Assembly: GCA_965205205.1 (NCBI GenBank)
Contig: CBDBFX010000002.1
Coordinates: 1,053,475 to 1,117,474 of the forward strand
Direction of reading: 5' to 3'
Length of the DNA stretch: 64,000 nucleotides
Origin: Arenicellales bacterium
Lineage (GTDB): Bacteria > Pseudomonadota > Gammaproteobacteria > Arenicellales > JAJDZL01
In this document: one piece after another, positions 1 through 10,076 of the stretch
Position numbering within the stretch: the first letter of the stretch is position 1
Layout of the letters: each line of letters opens with the position of its first letter
Translations under genes and position numbers: made by a program
The notes under the pieces: model-generated
What the model saw: the letters and a program-made list of their open reading frames with translations, nothing else
Told to the model about the DNA's origin: nothing
Databases searched by the model: none

Positions 1-1
1 G

Positions 2-460
2 CTGGTTTATAGCGGGAACTACGTCTACCCCGCACGCCGGCCTCGGACCTACCTCACTTCAACGACCGGTTACGGTACGCTCGGTTACGCCCTGCCTGCC
101 GCAATCGGCGCTCAGCTGGGCAAGCCCGAGTTCCCGGTCGTGTGTGTCATCGGCGATGGCGGTCTGATGTTTACGATTCAGGAATTGGCGACCGCAGTCG
201 AGCACCAGCTGCCAATCGTCATCGTGCTTTGGCACAACGATGGTTATGGCGAGATCAGAGACTGTTTCAAACGCAGTAATATTCAAACGATTGGAGTTGA
301 TCTCACCATGCCAGATTTTCTGACGGTCGCCAAAGGATTCGGCTGCCATGCAACACGGGTGAACGATATCGATGAACTGCCCGGATTGCTGCGGCAGGGT
401 TTCGCCGCCGATCGGCCGACTCTACTTGAAATTCACGAAGATTGCGTGCTCATAACCTGA
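2..460 (+). CDS. Thiamine-diphosphate-dependent enzyme, C-terminal PP-binding domain (acetolactate-synthase-like family). The 5' end lies outside the window.
   Basis: Frame 2 is open from base 2. The translation TGYGTLGYALPAAIGAQLG...VCVIGDGGLMFTIQELATAV...VIVLWHNDGYGEI carries the GDG...N ThDP/Mg-binding signature. Stop is at 458-460. Confidence 0.8.
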   Translation: MVYSGNYVYPARRPRTYLTSTTGYGTLGYALPAAIGAQLGKPEFPVVCVIGDGGLMFTIQELATAVEHQLPIVIVLWHNDGYGEIRDCFKRSNIQTIGVDLTMPDFLTVAKGFGCHATRVNDIDELPGLLRQGFAADRPTLLEIHEDCVLIT

Positions 461-588
461 CATCGGCAACCAACACCGATCCAGTCTATCCTCGAAACCA
501 AGGATCCATCTTAACCGAATGAATTGGCAGAAGGCTGAAAGAACTCAGTAAAAATATCTGAACGGCTGGAATACGATCGACTTCGCAA

Positions 589-1629
589 TCAAAGGTTGCC
601 GTCGACTTTGAGTCGTTCATGCATCAGCGTGCTAGTCGTCGTAAACTGAACTCGCTGCTTGATTTCAGGGTACAGATAATGTTGGACTCCGAATGCCGCC
701 ATCGCCGCCTCATGGAATCCGCTCAGGATCAATTTCTTTTTCCCGGTATACGAGACGATATCGCCAATTGCGAAAATCCCCGGCTCACTGGTCTGGCAGT
801 TCGCCGTATCAACCTGAATGAGTTTTCGATCCAGCTGCAGCCCCCACTGAGCAATCGGACCCAAATTTGGGGACAGACCGAAAAAAACCAGCAGCTCGTC
901 GAATTCAACGTCAATCTTGATTGGCTCATCGTCAAAGGTAACCACCCGAATGCCTGTCAGTTTCTTTCCATCTTCAATGATGCTTTCAACTCGACCGATG
1001 TGATAGGTCAGCGTACCGTCGCCGCGGGCGGCGATCCGTTTCATTTTCTCGACTGATGCGGGCTGGGCGCGAAAGGCCTCGCGCCGATGGATCAGAGTAA
1101 CGCTTTTGGCAATTCCATGCAGTTCCAACGTCCAGTCCAGTGCTGAATCCCCTCCCCCCAGGATGGTGACCGCGCGATCCCTGAATCGTTGCTTATCGTC
1201 TATATGATAATTCAGATTTGCTCCCACGTAATTCTCGGCTCCCGCCGTTCTGAGCGGGCGCGCGTCGAAAGCGCCGAGACCTCCTGCGATAACTAGAGAA
1301 CCTGCGTCGAATTCAGTTCCAGCTGATGTTTTTACATAAAATCCACCCTCTTCCTTTTTTTTCACATGCGTAACCTGCTGACTGAGCTGATACTGCGGTT
1401 CAAACGGCGACGCCTGTTCCATAAGACGATCGATGAGTTCCTGGGCACCTACAACTGGGTAACCCGGAATATCGTAAATCGGTTTGTCAGCATACAGTGT
1501 CGAGCACTGACCGCCCGTGCGCGGCAGGGAATCAACAACATGGCATTTAATATCCAAAAGTCCCAGTTCAAAGATCTGAAAGAGCCCGCAGGGACCCGCG
1601 CCAACAACTACAACTTCCGTATTAATCAT
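589..1629 (-). CDS. Ferredoxin-NADP+ reductase, thioredoxin-reductase-like type
   Basis: MINTEVVVVGAGPCGLF is a dinucleotide-binding GxGxxG motif. It is followed by ...TGGQCSTLYADKPIYDIPGYP, GGGDSALDW and FAIGD motifs typical of TrxR-like FNR. I chose the ATG at 1629 rather than the upstream extension to 1707. Confidence 0.85.
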   Translation of the reverse strand: MINTEVVVVGAGPCGLFQIFELGLLDIKCHVVDSLPRTGGQCSTLYADKPIYDIPGYPVVGAQELIDRLMEQASPFEPQYQLSQQVTHVKKKEEGGFYVKTSAGTEFDAGSLVIAGGLGAFDARPLRTAGAENYVGANLNYHIDDKQRFRDRAVTILGGGDSALDWTLELHGIAKSVTLIHRREAFRAQPASVEKMKRIAARGDGTLTYHIGRVESIIEDGKKLTGIRVVTFDDEPIKIDVEFDELLVFFGLSPNLGPIAQWGLQLDRKLIQVDTANCQTSEPGIFAIGDIVSYTGKKKLILSGFHEAAMAAFGVQHYLYPEIKQRVQFTTTSTLMHERLKVDGNL

Positions 1630-2897
1630 ATGTCTAAAACCACCGATCAGAACAAATTTGAGACAGCCATCACTTGGTAGCCACTTGAGAATTCCGCAAC
1701 ATGCCAATTCGATTATATCGTCAATTTGGAAGGCGAAATTCTGGGATATCAGGCCGCTTTTCTTAATCTCTTAAAAATGATCCGTTCAGGCAACATCAGT
1801 GAGTCTTTGCGACTGAAAGCGCGACGCAAAAATGACTGTCGCATCGGTGCGACCGACGGTACATTGCGCTGAGTGCCAGACCTGTACTCATCCGCAAACC
1901 GTTGCGAAAGTCCAAACTTGACGATCAGTCGAACCGACTTGATCTGCTATCCCTGTGGCAAGCGTGGCGAAGTGTCAGGGCTCGGTTACTGCACTCTTCG
2001 TTGCGAGGCGGTAAAACGCTGCGTACGGTCCCTCATTGTTATAGATTCGTTTTTCGTTCGTATAATGCCTGCCAGCCTACATTTTCATTGGTTGGTTCAA
2101 GCAATGTGAAAATGTTTATTGTGAGTGTTAGAGCCTGGCAGCATCAGAAATCGAACTCGCCCATGCTGTATGTTGGGTTACTGACACTTCTTTGATGGCT
2201 ATAAATGGATGGTCTGCGATTCAACAAATGATGTTGAGCGTATTGGAGGCGGGACAATCACCAGGTAACCCTGATTCTGAACCGAGAATACGAAGCGTGA
2301 AGGCGAAATCCAACGATAGGGAGCGCAACCCGTTTAAACCCGGTGCGGGGCCGCACCGCCGGTGCTCGGCGGGCGCGAGGAACTCAAATTCGAGGCTTTG
2401 AGCCGGCTGACCGACATTGCCGCCGGGGATTACGACCCGATTTCACTTCTGCTCACGGGACCCCGCGGCTGTGGCAAGACCGTTATGCTCGCCTGGATGG
2501 AGAAGCAGGCATTCAGTTCCTCGGATTTATTGGTCTCAATCCTGCGGCGACTGCGGCGGAACGTGTTTGGTCTGAACCGACTGAACCTGTATATGAATAC
2601 CAATTGGGAAGCCATGCCGGGGCTGTTTTCAGGGTCTGCCGGTGCCAGCGGCGGCAAGGAAGTGAATGGCGCGGCGGTTTCCATCACCGAAAGCCTAGAA
2701 GCGCTGGCCTGCCGGCGGCGACGATTACTGGTCATTGTTGATGAGGCGCATGACCTGCCGGCCGAAGTGAGCGGGCCTTGGTATGAGGCATTTCAGCTGG
2801 TGTCAAGGCGGCATCCCATTATGCTGGTGATTGCCGGTACGCCCGATCTGACAAGGGTGCTCGGCCGGGCGGATGCATCATTTACCGAACGGTTTAA

Positions 2898-4647
2898 CCC
2901 GCATTTTTCACCGATAGTTATGAAAAATGTGAAAAATGAGTTATAATGACAACTTAATCAATTAATTATGTCATTTAAAGAGGACTCATCCATGAATGCA
3001 CAGTGTTATCAGACGCAGTTGGAATTTCAACCCAGTGGCCGGCGCGCGGTGACCGCCAAATTCGACAGCGAACAGATCAGTTCCGATGGTGGCGCCCTGC
3101 TGCTGCGGGAGGTTGACCGGCGGATCGGTCTGACCGACCGTCTGGCCGATTGTTTCATCGACTACCGCAACCCGGCCAGCGTGCGACACCACGTTAAGGT
3201 CCTGCTGCGCCAGCGCATTTATGGCATTACGATGGGTTATGAAGATCTCAACGACCATGAGCACCTGAGCGACGACCGGTTGATGGGGGTGATGGTGGAT
3301 CGGCTGGAGCAGATGGTGGACCAGGGGCAGGCACTGGCCAGTCCGAGCACGCTGAACCGCCTGGAGTTGGGGCACCCGGACGAGGCGGCGAATGACCGCT
3401 ACAAACGCATCGTGGCCATCGGTGAGGCGATGGATCGGCTGTTGGCGGACCTGTTCATGGAGTCGTTCGAGGCGCCACCGAAGGAACTGTGGCTGGACCT
3501 GGATGCGACGGACGATCCGCTGCACGGGGAGCAGGAGGGTCGGTTCTTTCACGGCTACTATGACTGCTACTGCTATCTGCCACTGTACATTTTCTGTGGC
3601 GAGCAGCTGCTGTGCAGTCGGCTGCGCACGTCAGATCAGGATGGTGCGGCGGGCAGTGTGGAGGAGTTGGAACGGATCGTCGGACAGTTGCGGGCGCGCT
3701 GGCCAAAGGTTCGGGTGGTGATACGAGCCGATTCGGGGTTCTGCCGGGAAGACATCATGGCGTGGTGTGAGCAGGAGGAGGTGCAGGTGGATTATGTCCT
3801 TGGTTTGGCACGCAATTCGCGTCTGGAGGCGGCGCTGTCGGAGGAGATGGATGAGGCCGCTGAGGAGCATGAGCGCACGGGCGAGGCGGTGCGCCGGTTC
3901 GGCGAGTTCAGTTATCAGACGCGTAGCTCGTGGAGTCGGGCGCGGCGGGTGATTGGCAAGGCGGAACATCTGCGGCGGGGGGCCAATCCGCGGTTCGTGG
4001 TGACCAGCCTGTCGGCCGAGGAGGTGGATGCTCAGGAGCTGTATGAGGAGAAATACTGCGCCCGCGGCGACATGGAGAACCGCATCAAGGAGCAGCAGTT
4101 GGACCTGTTTGCGGACCGCACCAGTTCGCACCAGATGGCGGCCAATCAGCTGCGCCTGTACTTCGCCTCGTTCGCTTATGGGCTGCTCGAGGCGCTGCGT
4201 CGTCTGGGCGCCAAGGGCACCCGCCTGGCGCGGGCGCAGAGTGGCACGCTGCGGCTGAAGCTGATCAAGGTCGGGGTGCGCCTTCGGGTGACCACCCGCC
4301 GGGTGTGGCTGTCGATGTCGGCGGGTTATCCGCATGCCGAGGTGCTGGACAATCTGGGCCAGCTGCCACTGTGGAGGCCGCCGCCTGATTTCAACTAGGG
4401 TGTCATCGGGTCGGCTCGGGTGCCGACCGCCGGTTCGATCGCCGACTTTGTCAGGGGCGAGGATGGCACGCGCCCTGACCATGCCGCAACGGGCTGAACG
4501 GGCCTTGACGGGCCGGAAAAACGCGGTTTCCGCGGTGCGCTCGCCGGCCCTGTCACTGGCTGACGGCGGTTTTCTCATCCAACTGATGAAATCAACGCTT
4601 GGCGACGGCCATTTCAACCCAGAATACAAATCGGTGAAATATGCGGG
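2898..4647 (+). mobile_element. IS1380-family insertion sequence, 1,750 bp, apparently intact
   Basis: The terminal inverted repeats are CCCGCATTTTTCACCGA (2898-) and the reverse complement of TCGGTGAAATATGCGGG (-4647). A TTAA direct duplication flanks the element at 2894-2897 and 4648-4651. Removing the element and one TTAA restores the reading ...TERFNVWRIGRL of the host gene. Confidence 0.85.
2968..4398 (+). CDS. IS1380-family DDE transposase
   Basis: This is a 476-aa ORF. LEFQPSGRRAVTAKFDSEQISSDGGALLLREVDRRIGL...QRIYGITMGYEDLNDHEHL is the characteristic IS1380-family N-terminus. An alternative start exists at the ATG 24 nt downstream. Confidence 0.9.
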   Translation: MSFKEDSSMNAQCYQTQLEFQPSGRRAVTAKFDSEQISSDGGALLLREVDRRIGLTDRLADCFIDYRNPASVRHHVKVLLRQRIYGITMGYEDLNDHEHLSDDRLMGVMVDRLEQMVDQGQALASPSTLNRLELGHPDEAANDRYKRIVAIGEAMDRLLADLFMESFEAPPKELWLDLDATDDPLHGEQEGRFFHGYYDCYCYLPLYIFCGEQLLCSRLRTSDQDGAAGSVEELERIVGQLRARWPKVRVVIRADSGFCREDIMAWCEQEEVQVDYVLGLARNSRLEAALSEEMDEAAEEHERTGEAVRRFGEFSYQTRSSWSRARRVIGKAEHLRRGANPRFVVTSLSAEEVDAQELYEEKYCARGDMENRIKEQQLDLFADRTSSHQMAANQLRLYFASFAYGLLEALRRLGAKGTRLARAQSGTLRLKLIKVGVRLRVTTRRVWLSMSAGYPHAEVLDNLGQLPLWRPPPDFN

Positions 4648-5680
4648 TTAACGTCTGGCGGATTGGCCGACTCAGCCGCGAGGAGTCGATGCGGGCGCTC
4701 ACCGAGCCGTTCGGTGACCGGGGGCATTTTGAGGCCGATGCGCTGTCAATGGTTCTTGATCAGGCACAGGGTTATCCCTACTTCATACAGGTGTGGGGCG
4801 TGCGCTGTGGAACTTGATGGCCCGGTCTGTGAACAACTTGATTGGTCGGGCGGAAGTTGCGGCAGCGATGGCAACGGCGCAGCAAGCACGCCAGGAGCTG
4901 TATAGTCGCCGGATGGATGAGTTCATACAGAATGGCATGCTGACCGCCGTCGCCGAGATGACACTCCAGATCGAAAGCGGCGCTGATGCCGACGGCTCGT
5001 ACCTGACGATGGCGGCGGATAGAATAGCTGCCAGAGTGAGTGGCGACGCCACTGCGATTGAACAACGGCTGCTGCACACCGGTTTTTATTGGAACACGGA
5101 GCCCGATAAGTGGGAGTATGGTATTCCAAGCCTCGCCAACCATGCTCGCAGAAGGGCAATAAAAAACACCGTCACAGCCATTGCCAGCTCCAATACGAAT
5201 ACGGTATTGGCGAAACTGGTGGAAATGCTACCCAGCGGACGGATGGTTGCTGAGGAAGATTTGCAGAGCGCACTGGCGGTAGAAGTGGGAAACGATGTGG
5301 ATGTGGGGTTCGCGCTGGAACTGCTGAAAAATCTTGGGTATTTGATTCCAGCGTTTAAAAAAGGATCGACTCCAGATCGGCGCTCCATTGCTGGCCCGAC
5401 AGGTGCTGGCGGCCATGGAAAAAATGGAAGGCACTGAGGTCTATCACCGGATGAGCCCCTGAACTGGAATGAAACACAGCAACCGATAAGATGGGCCAGC
5501 CAATCTGCGGCACGTAATTTTGTAAAGCAACGGAATTCAAACGCTCCAATTACCGGCCCCTCTGCGACCTCATCCATATCCACATGAACGGATGTCGACA
5601 CCGTTCACAACAAAGTATGCACGTCCTACCAGCCGACTACGTCTATTGAGCGCGTAACAACTCACAGCGATATTTCCGAG

Positions 5681-6493
5681 TCAAACGCCTGGAGATGACT
5701 CAGAAGCCATTTCGTCTGGGAACACCTGAAAATACCCCTTTACAGATGCGACCTTAACGGGTGTGTCATAGAGATGACTGAGATTATCATCGGTGAAAAT
5801 CCACTTTTTTTCTCCAGTCGCGATTATGTTTCCCTTCTTCAGCAGTACGATGAAATCCACCTCTGGTGGGATCTCGTGAATGTGATGCGTAACCAGCACG
5901 ATCTGTTTGCCTTGAGCAATCAATCGGCGAACGGTTCGCAGATAGTGAAAAGTGGCATTAATGTCCAGCCCGCTGGTCGGTTCATCCAGTACCAGCGTCG
6001 ATGGTTCATTCACCAACGCGCGGGCCAGCAGAAAACGACGCTGCTCACCAGTCGACATGAGAGAATATGGCTTGTCGCCCAACTCCGAGATATCCAACTC
6101 ATTCATTATCCGACGCGCCGTTTCAATGGAATACGGATCAAAATCCTGATGATCATAGACCCCCACGCTTGAATGGAAACCTGATAGCACCACGGAAAGC
6201 CCATTTACGAAACCCAAATAGCGATTCTGTAAATCCTGCGAGATAAAACCCAGATTGCGGCGCAGTTCCCAGACGTTCCACTTTTCTTTTCCCAAAATTC
6301 TGACCCACGAATCATCGGTGCGAACGGGATAGAGTTCGCGCATGAGCACTTTAAGCAAAGTGGATTTGCCAGCGCCATTGGGGCCCAATATGGCAATGCT
6401 GCGCTGTAGCGGCAGCTGCAGCGAAAACCGGTCCAACACCTTTTGGCTGCCGCGATAAACGGTGGTATTATTTAAGTCAATGAGACTGGTCAT
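5681..6493 (-). CDS. ABC transporter ATP-binding protein (ModF-like, stand-alone ATPase)
   Basis: It has Walker A GPNGAGKSTLL, the ABC signature LSTGEQRR and Walker B LVLDEPTSGLD. I chose the start at ATG 6493 (MTSLIDL). Confidence 0.8.
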   Translation of the reverse strand: MTSLIDLNNTTVYRGSQKVLDRFSLQLPLQRSIAILGPNGAGKSTLLKVLMRELYPVRTDDSWVRILGKEKWNVWELRRNLGFISQDLQNRYLGFVNGLSVVLSGFHSSVGVYDHQDFDPYSIETARRIMNELDISELGDKPYSLMSTGEQRRFLLARALVNEPSTLVLDEPTSGLDINATFHYLRTVRRLIAQGKQIVLVTHHIHEIPPEVDFIVLLKKGNIIATGEKKWIFTDDNLSHLYDTPVKVASVKGYFQVFPDEMASESSPGV

Positions 6494-6648
6494 GGCAGGC
6501 AAACTGAATTGGCCACATATACGACGCTCCTGAAAAATCAATGCGCACCCATTTTAGCAGGGGATCGAATAAGACAGCCACCATCAATTCAGGCATAATA
6601 ACGGCTAGCTGTCGTTTCGTGGCGGCAGGCGATTGATTGACTGGTTGA

Positions 6649-6936
<288 letters not shown>

Positions 6937-6943
6937 TACCCGC

Positions 6944-7759
6944 TCAGGTCTGACACCGTTTGCAGTAATAGGTTGAGCGTCCCCCCAATACCCGTCGCGC
7001 AATCGGTTGTCCACACTCGAAGCACGGCTCGCCTTCTCGTCCATACACCTTCAGACTCCGGCTGAAATAACCGGGTGCTCCGGTTCCGTCGACGAAGTCT
7101 CTCAAAGTCGTTCCACCGGCGTCGATGGAATCCTGTAGAGTTTTGCGAATGGAAGTTACCAAACGGCCGTAGCGCGTCAATGAAATGCGTCTGGCGGCGC
7201 GGCAGGGATGAATCCCCGCGAAATGCAACGCCTCAGAAGCGTAAATATTCCCGATGCCAACCACAACACGGCTGTCCATTATGAAATGCTTTACTGCAAC
7301 CTTGCGGTGCCGAGCCACACGATGTAAATAACCGCCACCAAAATCTTCCTCCAGTGGTTCCATACCCAAATGCCGAAGCAGCGGATGATCGTTCGGGTCA
7401 CCCTCCACCCAAAGGACACAGCCGAACCGTCTCGGGTCGTGCAGCCGCAGTCGCTGTCCGCCCTCAATTTCCAATTCAACATGATCGTGCCGCGCCGGCG
7501 GCTCATCGGTCGGCGTAACACGCAGACTGCCAGACATGCCAAGATGCAGCATGAGGTGGCCGTGCGGCAGCTCGATGAGAATGTACTTGGCGCGCCGGCG
7601 TACTGAGAGGACAGGCTGTTCAAGCACCTGCCGTTCAAGTGTCGTTGGCACCGGCCACCGCAGCCTTGCGTTCCTGACAATGACCGAAGTGATCGTTCGG
7701 TCCACAAGATGCGGAGCGATCCCTCGAACGGTGGTTTCTACTTCAGGCAGTTCGGGCAT
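6944..7759 (-). CDS. mutM: Formamidopyrimidine-DNA glycosylase (Fpg/MutM)
   Basis: It has the invariant N-terminus MPELPEVET, the H2TH region and the C-terminal zinc finger CFECGQPI...YYCKRCQ. Confidence 0.95.
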   Translation of the reverse strand: MPELPEVETTVRGIAPHLVDRTITSVIVRNARLRWPVPTTLERQVLEQPVLSVRRRAKYILIELPHGHLMLHLGMSGSLRVTPTDEPPARHDHVELEIEGGQRLRLHDPRRFGCVLWVEGDPNDHPLLRHLGMEPLEEDFGGGYLHRVARHRKVAVKHFIMDSRVVVGIGNIYASEALHFAGIHPCRAARRISLTRYGRLVTSIRKTLQDSIDAGGTTLRDFVDGTGAPGYFSRSLKVYGREGEPCFECGQPIARRVLGGRSTYYCKRCQT

Positions 7760-7833
7760 AACATAAAATTGACTGCTGATTTATTTCCGGTCGCATCCAG
7801 CTTCTGGTTTCACTGCAGCATTCAACCCGCGAA

Positions 7834-8880
7834 ATGACTGAGTTTCAGGTTACCAATCAATCCACCGGCCACACATTCCAGGTCCGTGCCAACGAATCCG
7901 TACTGGACGCCCTTCTGCGGCAGGGTACGGCGGTCCCCTACAGCTGCAGAAACGGCACCTGTGCCGCCTGTAAATCCATTCTTGTGTCGGGACAGGTTGT
8001 CCATGACGATTATGATCGCGCCGCGTTGACCAATGAAGAAATTGAAAACGGCGCGGTGTTGCTGTGTCGCGCCCACCCTGTTGAAGATCTGGAAATTCGC
8101 GTTGACGAGATCGACATGCTATCGGGGGTATCAATTCAGAAGCTGCCGTGCCGGATTATCGAACTCAATCGGCTGTCGCATGATGTCATGGAAGTGAAGC
8201 TCGCCCTGCCACGCGATGTCACCTTTCATTTCATAGCCGGACAATATATAGACCTCATCACCCGCGACAACAGGCGCCGCGGATTTTCAATTGCCAGCGC
8301 TCCAGGGGAAGATTTTCTGAAGCTTCATGTCCGGCAAGTGCCCAATGGCCGATTCACCAGCCATGTTTTCCAGTCAATGAAAATCCGCGACATCCTGCGA
8401 TTTGAGGGTCCGCTCGGTACATTCTTTCTTCGCAACAACTCCATTCTGCCAATCATCATGATCGCTGGCGGCACTGGATTCGCACCGCTCAAATCCATTC
8501 TTGACAACCATTTTGCAAGTACTGATGACAACCGTCCAATTCACCTGTTTTGGGGGGCGCGTGCATTACGCGACCTTTATCGTCTCGAGCTCATAAGACA
8601 ATGGTCGGCTGAACATCGGAATCGATTCAGTTTTACCGCGGTGCTGTCCGAGCCAGACCCAAATGACGATTGGACCGGGCCGACCGGCTGGGTACACGAA
8701 TCCGTGCTTCGACACTACCCGAATCTTACCTATCATGAAGTTTACGCCAGTGGACCGCCACCAATGATCGAAGCGATTCGCAACACCTTCCCCAGTCACG
8801 GCCTGTCAGCCGACCGACTGTTTTACGATTCCTTTGAATTCTCGTCAGATACGCTGTATCCGTCCGCTTCCGACGGATGA
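7834..8880 (+). CDS. 2Fe-2S ferredoxin fused to an FNR-family FAD/NAD(P) oxidoreductase (CDP-6-deoxy-delta-3,4-glucoseen reductase-like)
   Basis: It has the plant-type 2Fe-2S motif SCRNGTCAACK...LLC. It also has the flavin-binding RGFSIAS motif and the NAD-binding MIAGGTGFAPL motif. Confidence 0.8.
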   Translation: MTEFQVTNQSTGHTFQVRANESVLDALLRQGTAVPYSCRNGTCAACKSILVSGQVVHDDYDRAALTNEEIENGAVLLCRAHPVEDLEIRVDEIDMLSGVSIQKLPCRIIELNRLSHDVMEVKLALPRDVTFHFIAGQYIDLITRDNRRRGFSIASAPGEDFLKLHVRQVPNGRFTSHVFQSMKIRDILRFEGPLGTFFLRNNSILPIIMIAGGTGFAPLKSILDNHFASTDDNRPIHLFWGARALRDLYRLELIRQWSAEHRNRFSFTAVLSEPDPNDDWTGPTGWVHESVLRHYPNLTYHEVYASGPPPMIEAIRNTFPSHGLSADRLFYDSFEFSSDTLYPSASDG

Positions 8881-10073
8881 GTTGATTCATCGTTCAACAA
8901 CACCGGCCGCTCCTCGATGCCCGCCCGGTAAACGGCAAGAGCCAGATCATGCTCATTCTGCTCTTCGAGTAAATTGCCTAGTTCTTCGTAAGCGTCCCGT
9001 TTACCGCCGAGGTCAATCGCCCGCAGGAGGCGCTTTCTGGCAATTTCTGGCAGCTCGACCCGGCGCGCCAGCCGACCCACGGTCAGCAACAGGTTCGGAT
9101 CATCCGAATGAAGATCAAGCCATTTGGCCGCCGTATCGTACAATCGGCGGTCTTTCACGTGCCCATCAATTAGACCATAGAAATAAACCAGCTCGGAGTT
9201 CCAATGTCGGTCCAAAGCGCTACGGGTGATTTTCTCAGCCTCCAGGTGACAATCGAATTCCAACAGTTTTCGCACAAAGACGGCAAGCAGCTCTGGATTT
9301 TTTTGTGCAGACCCCGTTGCCTTTCTCCAGATTGACTGAAGCTCGACCGACTGCTGGGCACCCTGCAGGCGATGCCGCACTATTTTCTCTGCCAGCTCTT
9401 TAAGCTCGGAAGTGGCGCGAGCCTGCGATTTCTGCAGATGCGGCAACAGCTGTTCCAGAGCCGCCCAATCACCATTCACCTCGTATGCGTCGGCCAACAT
9501 TCCAAATGCCTGTGCATTTTTCGGCATTTTCGCGCACAGTTTTTTCAACTCATCGATCGCCGCTAAAATCTCGCCACTATCCATCTGCAGCCGACAGGCA
9601 ATAATCGATACCAATTCCTGATTCTGAGCGCCTAGCGCACGCGCCTTATTCAGATACCGGTCGCGCCGGGTCAAATTTTTCTGCTGCTGCGCGGCATAGG
9701 CGGCGGCCAGATAAACGATGACCGGCTGCGACAGATAACGAGCTGAACCATCCAGCAGCTGCTCGGCCTTCGCCCAGTTCCCCAACAACAGCTGCCGCAG
9801 ACCTCTGATTGATGCCGCGTACTTTTTCTGCTCCCGATATTCCCGATAGGAGCGACCCAATCTGCCAGGAATTCTGACGATACCAGATAAGACCTCAATG
9901 GCGACGAAGATGAAAAGCGCGGCCAGAACGACCAGCAAAACTCCAAGAACCAGTGACAGCTCCACCTGCCACAGGCCCCATTGCAGCATGACATATCCTG
10001 GCTCGTCAACGACGTAGACCGTCGCGACCGATACGATGCCAATCAGAATGAACAGAATCAGAATGTAGAACAT
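8823..10073 (-). CDS. hemY: HemY protein (membrane-anchored TPR protein of the hem cluster)
   Basis: It has two N-terminal TM helices (MFYILILFILIGIVSV..., LSLVLGVLLVVLAALFIFVAI) followed by a TPR-like helical region. It is the last gene of hemC-D-X-Y. Its 3' end overlaps the convergent upstream gene by 58 nt. Confidence 0.8.
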   Translation of the reverse strand: MFYILILFILIGIVSVATVYVVDEPGYVMLQWGLWQVELSLVLGVLLVVLAALFIFVAIEVLSGIVRIPGRLGRSYREYREQKKYAASIRGLRQLLLGNWAKAEQLLDGSARYLSQPVIVYLAAAYAAQQQKNLTRRDRYLNKARALGAQNQELVSIIACRLQMDSGEILAAIDELKKLCAKMPKNAQAFGMLADAYEVNGDWAALEQLLPHLQKSQARATSELKELAEKIVRHRLQGAQQSVELQSIWRKATGSAQKNPELLAVFVRKLLEFDCHLEAEKITRSALDRHWNSELVYFYGLIDGHVKDRRLYDTAAKWLDLHSDDPNLLLTVGRLARRVELPEIARKRLLRAIDLGGKRDAYEELGNLLEEQNEHDLALAVYRAGIEERPVLLNDESTHPSEADGYSVSDENSKES

Positions 10074-10076
10074 GAA

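Larger units (their letters stand above)
2192..5437 (+). pseudogene. Decayed AAA-ATPase (ORC/Cdc6-like ATP-binding protein) gene, split by an IS1380-family insertion and at least two frameshifts
   Basis: ERNPFKPGAGP (frame 2) switches near 2350 to PPVLGGREEL...LLLTGPRGCGKT (Walker A)...LLVIVDEAH (Walker B) in frame 1. The reading ...ASFTERFN is cut by the IS at 2898 and resumes after 4651 as VWRIGRLSREESMRALTEPF...GYPYFIQVWG. It then needs another frameshift near 4795 to continue as ALWNLMARS... to 5437. Confidence 0.7.

Noticed and set aside
1976-2043. A minus-strand reading, YNNEGPYAAFYRLATKSAVTEP-stop, reminiscent of the YN..RPH.alg..tP C-terminus of rve-type integrases/transposases
   Set aside because: Only about 7 loosely matching residues are present and there is no upstream DDE-domain similarity. 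This is too weak to call an IS remnant, although the 1.7-2.2 kb region is otherwise unexplained.
3631-4629. A 332-aa minus-strand ORF overlapping the IS1380 transposase
   Set aside because: It is entirely antisense to a well-supported transposase gene in GC-rich DNA. Its Arg/Pro/Ala/His-rich low-complexity composition is typical of spurious antisense frames.
5086-5601. A 171-aa minus-strand ORF downstream of, and overlapping, the ATPase pseudogene
   Set aside because: Two-thirds of it is antisense to the ATPase remnant and it has no recognisable motifs. The non-overlapping 5440-5601 part is too short to assess.
8823-8880. A 58-nt convergent overlap between the 2Fe-2S/FNR oxidoreductase and hemY
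   Set aside because: Both C-terminal tails are low-complexity (S/D/E-rich) and may simply be poorly conserved extensions. There is nothing to suggest a regulatory role.
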